From positions 71,426 to 135,425 of the forward strand of contig JAYRVH010000007.1 in NCBI GenBank assembly GCA_041918615.1: a stretch of DNA of 64,000 nt, written 5' to 3'. Below are positions 25,500-34,887 of the stretch, one piece after another (within the stretch, counting starts at the first letter, position 1; every line of letters begins with the position of its first letter). This stretch comes from Acidimicrobiales bacterium. Its GTDB lineage: Bacteria; Actinomycetota; Acidimicrobiia; Acidimicrobiales; DATDAH01. The translations under genes and the position numbers were made by a program. The notes under the pieces are model-generated. The model saw nothing but the letters and a program-made list of their open reading frames with translations, did not search any database and had not been told where the DNA came from.

Positions 25500-26045
25500 T
25501 CACGAGTGTCTCCGGATGCGGCGACGGTGTTGCTGGAGTGGGTGGCGGCCGGGGCCGTTGTCGCGGCCGATCGGGCAGTCGGCCTCGTGCAGGCTGGGCT
25601 GCCAGCCCTGCGCCCGGGCACCGACCATCTCGACCGGCAGCACCACCTGCAGCGCCCGTTGGTCGGGCGCCAGACCACGGCTCTCGTAGTACGCCCGCCA
25701 CCCGACGAGCAGTGGTCCCTCCCACAGCAGCGGGTGCACCGGCCCGAAGGTCACCTCGAGGCTGCCGAGGGCGTTCTCGGCGAGGGAGCCCGGCGCGAAC
25801 AACCCGCCGTTGCGCACGCGCCGGCCCAGGTCGTTGAGCAGCACGATCGCCCGCTGAGGCGCCAGACCCACCACGACCAACTCGGGGTGATCGAACCCGT
25901 GGGACAGGCCCATGCTGTACGACCACGGTGGCTCGTCGATGCCTCCACCCCCGATCTGTTGGACAACCCAGCCATACTCGGCAATCAGCTGATCGCACTG
26001 GGCGTGGATCTCCGCTTCGCTGTATCCATCACACATCAGGCACAT
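25500..26045 (-). CDS. DUF4262 domain protein
   Basis: The ATG at 26045 gives MCLMCDGYSEAEIHAQCDQLIAEYGWVVQQIGG...PPWSYSMGLSHGFDHPELVVVGL, the pattern I associate with DUF4262. Confidence 0.6.
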   Translation of the reverse strand: MCLMCDGYSEAEIHAQCDQLIAEYGWVVQQIGGGGIDEPPWSYSMGLSHGFDHPELVVVGLAPQRAIVLLNDLGRRVRNGGLFAPGSLAENALGSLEVTFGPVHPLLWEGPLLVGWRAYYESRGLAPDQRALQVVLPVEMVGARAQGWQPSLHEADCPIGRDNGPGRHPLQQHRRRIRRHS

Positions 26046-26211
26046 GCGGACATCATCGCCACGGCCTCTGACAGGAACGGCCGGCCGGCTGGCAGGCTGG
26101 TGCGAAGCGGTGACGACCAGGGCGGTTCCGGGTTCGTTCGCCGGGGGTTCTGCCAGCATCTGTGTGCCATGGAGAAAGCGGCGCAGCTGGCGGAACGCTG
26201 GGGCCCGCCGA

Positions 26212-27603
26212 TCAGTCCGGCGAGAGGGGAAGGGTGATCACCACACAGGCGCCGGGGTGTTGCGAGCGGTCGACGACGATGGTGCCGTGGTGGCGCTCGA
26301 CCACGTCCTTGGCGATGGCGAGGCCCAGGCCGGTGCCGCCGTCGGGGCTGGAGCGGGCATCGTCGAGACGGGTGAAGCGCTCGAAGACCTCGTCCACCCG
26401 GTCAGCCGGGATGCCCGGTCCGTCGTCGGCCACCCGCAGCACGGCCCGCGCGTCCTCTGCGACCAAGCTCACGACCACCCGGGATGCCGCGTGACGGTTG
26501 GCGTTCTCCACCACGTTGCGCACGGCCCGACCCAGCGCCCGCGCGTCGCCCCGCACCCGGGCCGGCGACACCGACGAGCTGTCCACCTCGATCCCTGGAA
26601 TGGCGCCGGCGGCCCGGTGCGCCTCGTCAAGAACCAGATCGTCCAAGTCAACGCGTACCGCGGCGCCAAGCCCGGGACCCGCCTCACCGCCGCCGCCTCG
26701 TGCCAGCAGCAACAGGTCGTCGACCAGCCGCTGCAGGGTGTCCACCTCGTCCAGCACGCTGCGATGTGTGGCGACCGGGTCGACCCCACCAGGGTGGGCG
26801 AGGTCCACCTCGAGCTCGGAGCGGATCCTCGTCAGCGGGCTGCGAAGCTCATGGGACGCGTCGGCGGCGAAGCGCTGCTGGCGGTCGGACGCCGCCTCGA
26901 CCCGTTCAAGCATGGCGTTCATCGTGCGGGCAAGTCGGGCCACCTCGTCGTCGCCGGGCGGCACCGGTACCCGACGGGCGAGGTCCGACCCGCCGATCTC
27001 GCTCACGCCCACCCTGATGGCCTCGACCGGCCGCAGGGTGCGCCCCACCAACCACCACACGAGGGCGGCGAGGAGCCCCACCACGAAGGGCACGCCCACA
27101 AGCAGCGACCGGGCCAGCGACCCGGTGCTGTCGGCCACGTCGTCGAGCGGCGAGCCCACCGAAGCGATCGTCGGGCCGTCGGTGGCACCGGGCACCGAGC
27201 GCGTCACCACCAGGAAGTGGTCACCAGGCTCGAGCACCGAATCGAGCCTCGAGGTGGTCGACCCAGGGCCGGGTGAGTCGACGAGCGGCGGCTCGGTGAC
27301 GAGGTTCGCGGTGGACGCCACCACCCGGGCGGACGCGGCCTCGACCAGTTGGGCGACGGTGTCGTCGTCACCGGCCGGGGCGAGGGGCTCGGACCACCGT
27401 CCCCCGAGGGCTTCGTCCACGAGCGTGTCGGCCTCGCGGATCAGGCTCTCCTCGAGGCTCCTCGTCAGCGACCGGCGGTGCACGACCACCAGGCCGAAGC
27501 TGGCCGCCCCCAGCACGATGGCGACGACCAGCGTGGCCACCAGCGTTATCCGGAAGCGCACCGAGCGGACGCCGGGCCACCGGGCCAACCGGTCGATGGT
27601 CAC
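26212..27603 (-). CDS. sensor histidine kinase (TM-HAMP-HisKA-HATPase)
   Basis: The H-box is FAADASHELRSPLT. The N and G boxes are VENANRHA, DDGPGIP and GGTGLGLAI. Two TM segments are present. Confidence 0.9.
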   Translation of the reverse strand: MTIDRLARWPGVRSVRFRITLVATLVVAIVLGAASFGLVVVHRRSLTRSLEESLIREADTLVDEALGGRWSEPLAPAGDDDTVAQLVEAASARVVASTANLVTEPPLVDSPGPGSTTSRLDSVLEPGDHFLVVTRSVPGATDGPTIASVGSPLDDVADSTGSLARSLLVGVPFVVGLLAALVWWLVGRTLRPVEAIRVGVSEIGGSDLARRVPVPPGDDEVARLARTMNAMLERVEAASDRQQRFAADASHELRSPLTRIRSELEVDLAHPGGVDPVATHRSVLDEVDTLQRLVDDLLLLARGGGGEAGPGLGAAVRVDLDDLVLDEAHRAAGAIPGIEVDSSSVSPARVRGDARALGRAVRNVVENANRHAASRVVVSLVAEDARAVLRVADDGPGIPADRVDEVFERFTRLDDARSSPDGGTGLGLAIAKDVVERHHGTIVVDRSQHPGACVVITLPLSPD

Positions 27604-28271
27604 GGTGCCACCAGGCGGTAGCCGGCGCCACGGACAGTCTCGATCGTGTGCACGCCGAACGGCTCGTCCAGCTTGCGCCGCAACCGGCCCACGTAGACCT
27701 CGACGATGTTGGCGTCACCGTCGAAGTCGAAGTCCCACACCCCGGCGAGGATGTCCCGTTTCGACTGCACCTGGCCGGCACGGCGGATGAGGAACTCGAG
27801 CACCTCGAACTCGCGGGTGGTGAGCGAGACCTCGACATCGCCCCGGTGCACCCGTCGGGTGCCCGTCTCGAGATGGAGATCGCCCAGGTCGACCGGCGTG
27901 CGGTCGGGCCCAGCGGCGCGCCGCAGCAGCGCGCGGGTCCTCGCCACGAGCACCGGGAACGAGAACGGCTTGCGCAGGTAATCGTCGGCGCCGGTCTCGA
28001 GGGCCTCGGCCTCGTCCTGGTCGCCGTCCTTGGCCGTGAGCATCAGGACCGGCGTCCAGTTGCCCCGGCGGCGCAACTCCGCGCATACCCGGTAGCCGTT
28101 CAACCCCGGCAACATGATGTCGAGCAGAATCAGGTCGTAGGACCCCTCGGTGGCCCGCCACAGCCCATCGTCACCGTCGCCCGTCACCTCCACGGTGAAA
28201 CCCTCGGCCCGGAGGCCGCGGGCAACCGCCGAGGCAACCTTGGCGTCGTCCTCTATCAGCAGCAGCTTCAC
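27600..28271 (-). CDS. OmpR-family response regulator
   Basis: The receiver domain reads MKLLLIEDD...LILLDIMLPGLNG...LMLTAK. The winged-helix output domain reads LTTREFEVLEFL...VEVYVGRLRRKL. A 4-nt overlap joins it to the kinase gene. Confidence 0.9.
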   Translation of the reverse strand: MKLLLIEDDAKVASAVARGLRAEGFTVEVTGDGDDGLWRATEGSYDLILLDIMLPGLNGYRVCAELRRRGNWTPVLMLTAKDGDQDEAEALETGADDYLRKPFSFPVLVARTRALLRRAAGPDRTPVDLGDLHLETGTRRVHRGDVEVSLTTREFEVLEFLIRRAGQVQSKRDILAGVWDFDFDGDANIVEVYVGRLRRKLDEPFGVHTIETVRGAGYRLVAP

Positions 28272-28329
28272 GGTGCCCGGCTTCTCTCGACTCCGGTCCA
28301 GCCCATCATGGAAGGGTGGCCGTTGCCAC

Positions 28330-28347
28330 CTGAACCACAGCTGAACC
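28330..28347 (+). promoter_or_regulatory. direct repeat CTGAACC-N4-CTGAACC (11-bp phase) in the divergent promoter of the two-component operon
   Basis: The copies are at 28330-28336 and 28341-28347. The spacing is typical of OmpR-family tandem half-sites. Confidence 0.3.
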
Positions 28348-28429
28348 CCGCCGTTCGGCGGTCAGGCACGCGTCAGCCCGCAGGGCCCACCCTCGTCCTC
28401 TCACGGCGACGTCACCCGGCGTCACCACG

Positions 28430-29257
28430 ATGCGAAAGGGACCAACCATGAACGTCCAACCTGCCAGAGCCATCGGCATCGCCGCCGTCACTGCCGGTCT
28501 GCTGCTGCTCCCGTCCTGCAGTAGCAGCGACCCGTCCGACCAATCCGCCGCCACCGCCACCACGACCGCGGGCGGCTCACCGACGACCGTGAGCGCGCCG
28601 GTGATCGACCCTGGTGACGGCGGCGACTACCAGCCAGACATCCACCCCGCCGACTTCGTCGAGACCATCGACAACCCGTACCTCCCCCTCGCCGTCGGTG
28701 CACGGTGGGTGTACGAGGGCGACAGCGCCGGCGCGACCGAACGCATCGTGGTCGAGGTCACGAACCGGCGACGCGACATCTCGGGGATCTCTGCGACCGT
28801 CGTGCGCGACACCGGCTACCTCGACGGCGAGCGCGTCGAGGACACGTTCGACTGGTACGCGCAGGACCGCGCCGGCAACGTCTGGTACCTCGGTGAAGAC
28901 TCGACCACCTTCGAGAACGGGCAGGCCACCGGTACGGAGGGATCCTGGGAAGCCGGCGTGGACGGCGCCCTACCCGGCATCGCCATGCCGGCCCACCCGA
29001 CGGTGGGGGACGCCTACCGTCAGGAGTTCTACGCCGGGCACGCCGAGGACCTGGCCGACATCCGCGACGTCGGCGCCAGCCTGACGGTGCCCGCCGGGTC
29101 CTACACCGACGTGCTCGTGAGCGGCGAGTGGTCACCACTCGAGCCCGAGGTGATCGAAGAGAAGTACTACGCCGTGGGCGTCGGCAACATCTCGTCGGTG
29201 AGTATCGCCGGAGAGCAGTCGGCGAGCGAACTGACCGAGTTCACCCCCGGCAACTGA
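28430..29257 (+). CDS. hypothetical lipoprotein
   Basis: It has a signal peptide with a lipobox (LLLLPSC). I recognise no catalytic motif. Confidence 0.6.
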   Translation: MRKGPTMNVQPARAIGIAAVTAGLLLLPSCSSSDPSDQSAATATTTAGGSPTTVSAPVIDPGDGGDYQPDIHPADFVETIDNPYLPLAVGARWVYEGDSAGATERIVVEVTNRRRDISGISATVVRDTGYLDGERVEDTFDWYAQDRAGNVWYLGEDSTTFENGQATGTEGSWEAGVDGALPGIAMPAHPTVGDAYRQEFYAGHAEDLADIRDVGASLTVPAGSYTDVLVSGEWSPLEPEVIEEKYYAVGVGNISSVSIAGEQSASELTEFTPGN

Positions 29258-29367
29258 GCCGGTGCTCCATTCCTGGCCGGCGATGTGCCGGCAGCGCAAA
29301 CGAACCTGCCCCGAACGCCCGCTGTCGCTCGGAGACGACCTACCATCGCCTCCGAGCGAGGAGGCCG

Positions 29368-30300
29368 ATGAGCAGGGACCCGATGACCGTGTTCGTCGCC
29401 GGCGCGACCGGAGTGGTTGGCCTTCCGGCTGTCCGTGCCCTGATTGCCGACGGGCACCGGGTCAGCGCCGTCGCCCGAACCGAGGCCAAGGCCGAACAGC
29501 TCCGCGGTCTCGGCGCCACGCCGGTCGCGGTCGACCTCTTCGACCCGTCCGAGGTCCGCTGCGCCACCGCCGGCCACGACGTGATCGTGAACCTCGCCAC
29601 CAGCATCCCCCCGGCCGCGCGGGCATGGCGTGCGGGCGCATGGAAGGACAACGAGCGCATCCGCACCGAGGTATCCACCAACCTGGCCGATGCCGCCATC
29701 ACCCACGGGGCAAGCCGAATGGTGCAGGAGGCACTGGCCTTCGCCTATGCCGATGGGGGCGACGAGTGGATCACCGAGGACCGGCCGATCGACCCCCCGC
29801 CTGCGTTCGCCGCCCTCCACGTGGCCGAAGGCAACGTCGCACGGGTCACCCGACACGGCTCCACCGGAGTCGTCCTGCGCTTCGGCAACTTCTACGGCCC
29901 CACCACCGGCCACACCCTCGATGTGGCGCGTATGGCCCGCCGCCGCATCAGCACGGCGCTGGGTGACCCTGACGGCTACTGGCCCATCATCCAGGTGGAC
30001 GATGCCGCGGAGGCCGTGGCGGCCGCCATTCGGGCGCCCTCGGGGGCGTTCCACGTGGTCGACGACGAGCCACTCACCAAGCGCGACCTCGACGCCGTCG
30101 TCGCCGGTTCGCTCGGCGTCAACGCGCTTCGTCGGCCCCCGGGGCCGGCCCTGCGCATCGCCGAGAAGCGGGCACCGACCCTCGCCCGCTCGTTCCGTGC
30201 CTCCAACGCCAAGTTCAAGGCGGCCACCAGCTGGTCGCCGCGCTACCCGAGCGCGCTCGAGGGGTGGGCTGCGATCGCCACCGCACTCGCCACGCGATAG
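29368..30300 (+). CDS. NAD(P)-dependent epimerase/dehydratase-family (SDR) protein
   Basis: The ATG at 29368 has a GAGGAGG RBS. MTVFVAGATGVVGLPAVRALIADGHRV is a Rossmann GxxGxxG motif. Confidence 0.8.
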   Translation: MSRDPMTVFVAGATGVVGLPAVRALIADGHRVSAVARTEAKAEQLRGLGATPVAVDLFDPSEVRCATAGHDVIVNLATSIPPAARAWRAGAWKDNERIRTEVSTNLADAAITHGASRMVQEALAFAYADGGDEWITEDRPIDPPPAFAALHVAEGNVARVTRHGSTGVVLRFGNFYGPTTGHTLDVARMARRRISTALGDPDGYWPIIQVDDAAEAVAAAIRAPSGAFHVVDDEPLTKRDLDAVVAGSLGVNALRRPPGPALRIAEKRAPTLARSFRASNAKFKAATSWSPRYPSALEGWAAIATALATR

Positions 30301-30393
30301 CACTCGTTCCCCGAGGGCCGCTGCAGCGAGACGCCTTGGGCTCGTCCGGTCCGCGGCACCAAACGCGAGGCCGCTCCGTACCCCGGGGACGAG

Positions 30394-31032
30394 ATGTTCA
30401 TCGACCGAGCCGGCCGGCCTTTCATCGTCGCCGCGCTGATCGTGACCGTGGTCCTCGGCCTGTTCGCAGGCTGGGTGTGTTCCTCTCCCGGACTGGTCCT
30501 GGCCACGTTCTTCCTCTTCTTCTTCCGTGACCCCAGCCGAGCGACGCCGTCCACGGCCGGCCTGGTGATCTCGCCGGCCGACGCCCGCATCACCGTCGCG
30601 GGCGACCCTCCCGGGCCAGGGGGGCCTGCCGGCGAATGGCGCCACGTCAGCATGTTCCTGTCACTGTTCGATGTCCATGTGAACCGAACGCCCGTCGAGG
30701 GCCAGGTCACCCACGTGTCGCACCACCCCGGGAAATCCCTGCTGGCCCACCTGCACGAGGCGGGCGAGCCCAACGAGTGGACCGAGGTGTGGTTCGACCG
30801 CGGCGGGCAGCGGGTGGTGTGCCGCCAGATCGTCGGCATCCTGGCCAGGCGCATCGTCTGTCGCCTGAAGGTCGGCGACCAGTTGACCCGGGGTCAGTCG
30901 TTCGGCGTCATGAAGTTCGGCTCTCGTATCGACCTCTTCCTGCCCCCCGAGGCGGAGAGCCTCGTGAAACCCGGCGACCACGTCACCGGCGGCGAGACCG
31001 CCGCCGGCGCCCTGTCCGCGAACCGGCCGTGA
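30394..31032 (+). CDS. psd: phosphatidylserine decarboxylase proenzyme (short, membrane-anchored type)
   Basis: FFRDP, VISPADA, DVHVNRTPVEG and the FGSR self-cleavage motif are all present. Confidence 0.85.
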   Translation: MFIDRAGRPFIVAALIVTVVLGLFAGWVCSSPGLVLATFFLFFFRDPSRATPSTAGLVISPADARITVAGDPPGPGGPAGEWRHVSMFLSLFDVHVNRTPVEGQVTHVSHHPGKSLLAHLHEAGEPNEWTEVWFDRGGQRVVCRQIVGILARRIVCRLKVGDQLTRGQSFGVMKFGSRIDLFLPPEAESLVKPGDHVTGGETAAGALSANRP

Positions 31033-31071
31033 GCACCGTCCACCGGGGCCGCGACCCACAGGCGGCGCGGT

Positions 31072-31416
31072 TTGCGGCGCGGCATGCCGATGGTGCCGAG
31101 CCTGTTCACGATCGCGGACCTGGCCTGCGGCTGGGCGTGTGTCGTGCACGCGCTACGGGCCATGGCGGTCGTGATCGTGCCTGCGGCGTTGATGGTGAGC
31201 ACGATCCGCTTCCGCAGCTTCAAGGCGATCGATCTGCACGCCCACCGCGCCAATCAGTGGCTGATCGCCGTCGCCGCCCTCGCCGTGGCGGTCGCTGGCC
31301 GCCCGCGTGAGGTGCTCATCGTCATCGCCCACGGATACCTGTTCTCCGGCCTCACTGGCCTCGCGGTGTCGCGCCTGCGACCTGACCACCTCGGTCCGAC
31401 CCCGATGGTTCCCTGA
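31072..31416 (+). pseudogene. CDP-alcohol phosphatidyltransferase (pssA-like) remnant lacking the catalytic core
   Basis: The N-terminal RRG..PMVPSLFTIADLACGW and the C-terminal LMVSTIRFRSFK segments of PssA are present. The D-G-x2-A-R...G-x3-D-x3-D motif region between them is absent. The product is only about 114 aa. Confidence 0.45.
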
Positions 31417-31420
31417 CCCC

Positions 31421-31918
31421 TCAGTGGCGGTGGTGGATGGTGGCGCGCCACTGGCCGGCGAGGCGCAGGGGGGTGAGCGCGTCGAGGGCGGTGAGCAACC
31501 AGGTGAGGGTGGCACCGGCGTCGACGTGGGTACCACCGCGTGCCTCCAGCACGAGGCCCCGTTTGGGATGGTCCATACGAATTGCCCAACCGTCCGGCAC
31601 GCCGGTACCGGCCTCGGCCAGGCGCGCCGCAGCCTTGCTGCCGCTGGGGTGACGCAGGCCGATGGAGAGCGGGGTCACCCGATCGCGCTTGGCCTCCCCC
31701 GGCACCCAACTCGCTTCGGGCACCGTCGGTCCCCGGCCCGAAAAGGCGTCGAGGAAGCTCGGCCGCACGGGCGGCAGCGCCTCCGAATCGAACAGCGGCT
31801 CGAAGATGACCCAGCCGTCGAGACTGGCGGCGACCCGCTCCATGGCCTTCACGACCTCGTCCCGAGCCGGGCCTTCCGCCTCGGCGAAGTCGACGTACTC
31901 GGGCTCGACACGAGCCAC
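31421..31918 (-). CDS. hypothetical protein
   Basis: A 165-aa ORF with good codon bias. I recognise no motif. Confidence 0.5.
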   Translation of the reverse strand: MARVEPEYVDFAEAEGPARDEVVKAMERVAASLDGWVIFEPLFDSEALPPVRPSFLDAFSGRGPTVPEASWVPGEAKRDRVTPLSIGLRHPSGSKAAARLAEAGTGVPDGWAIRMDHPKRGLVLEARGGTHVDAGATLTWLLTALDALTPLRLAGQWRATIHHRH

Positions 31919-31924
31919 TGGGAA

Positions 31925-34876
31925 TCAGGCGCTGCCGTCGGGCGGGGCGGTGGTGGTCGTCGTGGACCCGGCACCGCCCGAAAGCTCGAGCGCCTGCTGC
32001 ACCAGCGCGCTGGCCTGGTCGACCTTGTCCTGGTAACCGCCGAGGTCGCCGCTGGCCAACACCGCGTCAGCATCTGTGAACAACCTCTGGGCCTGCGTGA
32101 GCAGGCGGTCGATCTGCTCCTGGGTGGTGCCGCTGGTATCTGTGTTGCCGGAGTCGCCGCCGCCGGACCCGCCACCACCACCGCCACCCGGCTGTTCGAG
32201 TGTGTCGGGAGCGTCGCCGAAGATGGCAGCAAGCGCCTCCTGCAGCGTGGCTCGCATCTCCACCTGATCGCCGAAGGCCACGATCACGTTCTTCAACTGG
32301 GGCACCGGTGTGTCACCCTGCGCTTCCACGTAAAGGGGGCGCACATAGAGCAACGACTGCTCGACGGGGATCAGCAGCAGGCTCCCGAGCTTCACCGTGG
32401 ATCCCTGCTGGTTGAGCAGGCTGATCCGTGACGAGATCTCCTCGGCCTGCAACATGTTGGCGTTGACGATCGCGGGACCATCGACGTTGAGGTTCGGCAT
32501 CTCGTAGACGCGGAGCTGCCCGTAGTCCTCGGGGTTGCTGAGACCCACCATGAACGAGGTGAGCTGCTTGCGCTGGTCGTTGTCCGACACCGGCACGAAC
32601 GAGCGAAGGATCAGGAAGTCCTCGTTCTCGCGGTCGGGCAGCTTCATCTGGAGGTAGTAAGGGTCGATGCGGCGCTCGCGAGTGCTCACCAGCTCGCCCG
32701 TCTCGTTGGTGGTCTGGGTGGACTCGGCACCGGTGACGTCGGTGCCGGGGTCCTGAGCGACCGACCAGCCACCGGTCTGCTCGTAGAAGTCCTGGGGGTT
32801 GCCGATGTGGTACCGGCCCCACATGTTCGTCTGCACCCGGAAGAGGTCCTCGGGGTAACGCAGGTGGTCCTGCAACCCCGCCGGCATCTGGTCGAAGTCC
32901 GAGAACAGCTCGGGGAACGCGTTGCGGTAGGCATCGAGGATGGGGTCGTCACCGGGCATCTCGTAGAACTCGACCGTGCCGTCGTAGGCATCGACCACGG
33001 CCTTCACCGAGTTGCGCACGTAGTTGAAGCCGGTGTTGAGGCCCGACTGGACGTCGAGCTGCTCGTTGTCGCCGCGCTGGGCGTACGGGTACTGGTCGGT
33101 CGTCGTGTAGGCGTCGATCACGTAGAGGATCCGGCCACCCACGATCACCGGGTAGGGGTCGGCGTCGTAGTGGAGGAACGGGGCCAGTGTCTCGACCCGC
33201 TGGCGCACATCGCGCAGGAAGATGATGCGCGAATCGTCGTTCACGAAATCAGAGATCAGCGGGTCGATGTCCCCGAAGCGCAGCGAGAACGCTGCCTTTC
33301 GCAGGAAGGAGTCGATCCGCACGCCACCCTCGCCGGCGTACTCGAAGGGCACGGTCTGGCCGTCGTCGGCGACGTAGTCGACCTCCTGGCGGTTGGTGCC
33401 GACGATCGCATAGCCGGTCTGGTCCTCGCCCACGTAGAGCTGCGGCTCGTCGATGGGGAGGTCGGGCGGGCCTTCCACCGGCACGTTTCCGACCACGAAG
33501 TCGGGCTGGCCGGCCGAGTTCACCGCGTTGGCTGGGGCCAGCGCCGCGCCGTACCCGTGGGTGAACGCGAGGGTCTTCCCTTCCCACGACTGCTGGGGGA
33601 CGCCCACCTCGTTCAGCTCACGGGCCCCGATGATGACCTGGGTCGTCTCGCCGTCGATCTGATAGCGGTCGACATCGAGGTCGTTGAACCGGTAGAAGCC
33701 CCGGTCGGCCTGGAGCCGTTGATAGGTCTCCTTGACGATGCCCGGATCGAGCAGGCGGATGTTGCGGACGGTCGAGGCGTTGGCCTGCAGATCCCGCGCG
33801 TCGAGGTCTTCGTTGTAGTCGAAGGTCTGGGTCTCGACGTTGCTCATGCCCATGGCCGCCCGCGTGGCCTCGATGTTGTCCGCGATGTAGGGGCGTTCCT
33901 TGGTGGACTCGGCCGGCTGGACCTGGAAGCGCTGGATGAAGGTGGGGTAGATGCCTCCGGCGACGATCGCGACGAACGCCCACAGGCCGACCGCGAGCAC
34001 CGGCAGCACCCAGCCCCGCCGCCAGATGTTCGCGATGAAGAGGCCGAACGAGAGCAGGGCGATCAGCAGCAGGAGGTAGATCGCCGGAAGCTGGGCCTTC
34101 ACGTCGGTGTAGGTGGCGCCCTCGACCACTCCCCTGGTGGAAACGGTGAGCTCGTACCGCTGGAGCCAGTAGTCGGCGGCCTTGATGAGCGCCAGGATGC
34201 CGAGCAGCACCGAGAGGTGAGCCTTCACCTGCGGCGTCACCCGTTGGATCGGGGCCTGCACACGGATGCCGCCGTTGAGGTAGTGGGCCACGCCGGTGAC
34301 GATGAAGATGATGATGAACGCGGCGAAGAGCCAGTTGACGACGAAGCTGAGGAACGGCAACTGGAACACGTAGAAGCCGATGTCGGTGTGGAACAGCGGA
34401 TCGGTCTTCCCGAAATCGACCCGGTGGGTGAAGAGGATCCACGAGTTCCACTGGCTCGACACCCCCGAGCCGGCGATGACGGCGAAGAGCGCGGCCACCC
34501 CCACTCGAACCATTCCCGAGCGACGACCGACGGCCTGGTGGTAGCGCTCAAGAAGCTCCTCTTCGGGTCCGGCGGGCCGGAACCTCGGCGCCAGCCGGTC
34601 GGCGATCACCAGGTTGACCAGGAGCAGGACGAAGAAGAGCACGGTGAAGATGAGGCCGAGCACGATGCGCGCTCCCAGCACCCCCGTCCAGACCCTCTCG
34701 AGGCCGAGCGAATCGAAGAACAGGAAGTCCGTGTAGAAGCCCGCGATGCCTCGCAGCGAGGTGACGAAGAGGAACAACAGGATGGCCGCGGCCACCAGGA
34801 TCACGCGTCCGCGGCCCGAAGGCCGCCGGCCCTCCGTGCGGCCGGGCCCGCGTGGCATGTCAGTAGGGGCTCGCAT
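31925..34876 (-). CDS. UPF0182 family large membrane protein
   Basis: The ATG at 34876 gives MRAPTDMPRGP. About seven N-terminal TM helices are followed by a large extracytoplasmic domain of roughly 980 aa (FYTDFLFFDSLG, YVRNSVKAVVDAYDGTV, LLYVRPLYV). Confidence 0.8.
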   Translation of the reverse strand: MRAPTDMPRGPGRTEGRRPSGRGRVILVAAAILLFLFVTSLRGIAGFYTDFLFFDSLGLERVWTGVLGARIVLGLIFTVLFFVLLLVNLVIADRLAPRFRPAGPEEELLERYHQAVGRRSGMVRVGVAALFAVIAGSGVSSQWNSWILFTHRVDFGKTDPLFHTDIGFYVFQLPFLSFVVNWLFAAFIIIFIVTGVAHYLNGGIRVQAPIQRVTPQVKAHLSVLLGILALIKAADYWLQRYELTVSTRGVVEGATYTDVKAQLPAIYLLLLIALLSFGLFIANIWRRGWVLPVLAVGLWAFVAIVAGGIYPTFIQRFQVQPAESTKERPYIADNIEATRAAMGMSNVETQTFDYNEDLDARDLQANASTVRNIRLLDPGIVKETYQRLQADRGFYRFNDLDVDRYQIDGETTQVIIGARELNEVGVPQQSWEGKTLAFTHGYGAALAPANAVNSAGQPDFVVGNVPVEGPPDLPIDEPQLYVGEDQTGYAIVGTNRQEVDYVADDGQTVPFEYAGEGGVRIDSFLRKAAFSLRFGDIDPLISDFVNDDSRIIFLRDVRQRVETLAPFLHYDADPYPVIVGGRILYVIDAYTTTDQYPYAQRGDNEQLDVQSGLNTGFNYVRNSVKAVVDAYDGTVEFYEMPGDDPILDAYRNAFPELFSDFDQMPAGLQDHLRYPEDLFRVQTNMWGRYHIGNPQDFYEQTGGWSVAQDPGTDVTGAESTQTTNETGELVSTRERRIDPYYLQMKLPDRENEDFLILRSFVPVSDNDQRKQLTSFMVGLSNPEDYGQLRVYEMPNLNVDGPAIVNANMLQAEEISSRISLLNQQGSTVKLGSLLLIPVEQSLLYVRPLYVEAQGDTPVPQLKNVIVAFGDQVEMRATLQEALAAIFGDAPDTLEQPGGGGGGGSGGGDSGNTDTSGTTQEQIDRLLTQAQRLFTDADAVLASGDLGGYQDKVDQASALVQQALELSGGAGSTTTTTAPPDGSA

Positions 34877-34887
34877 CGCGCCGCAGC

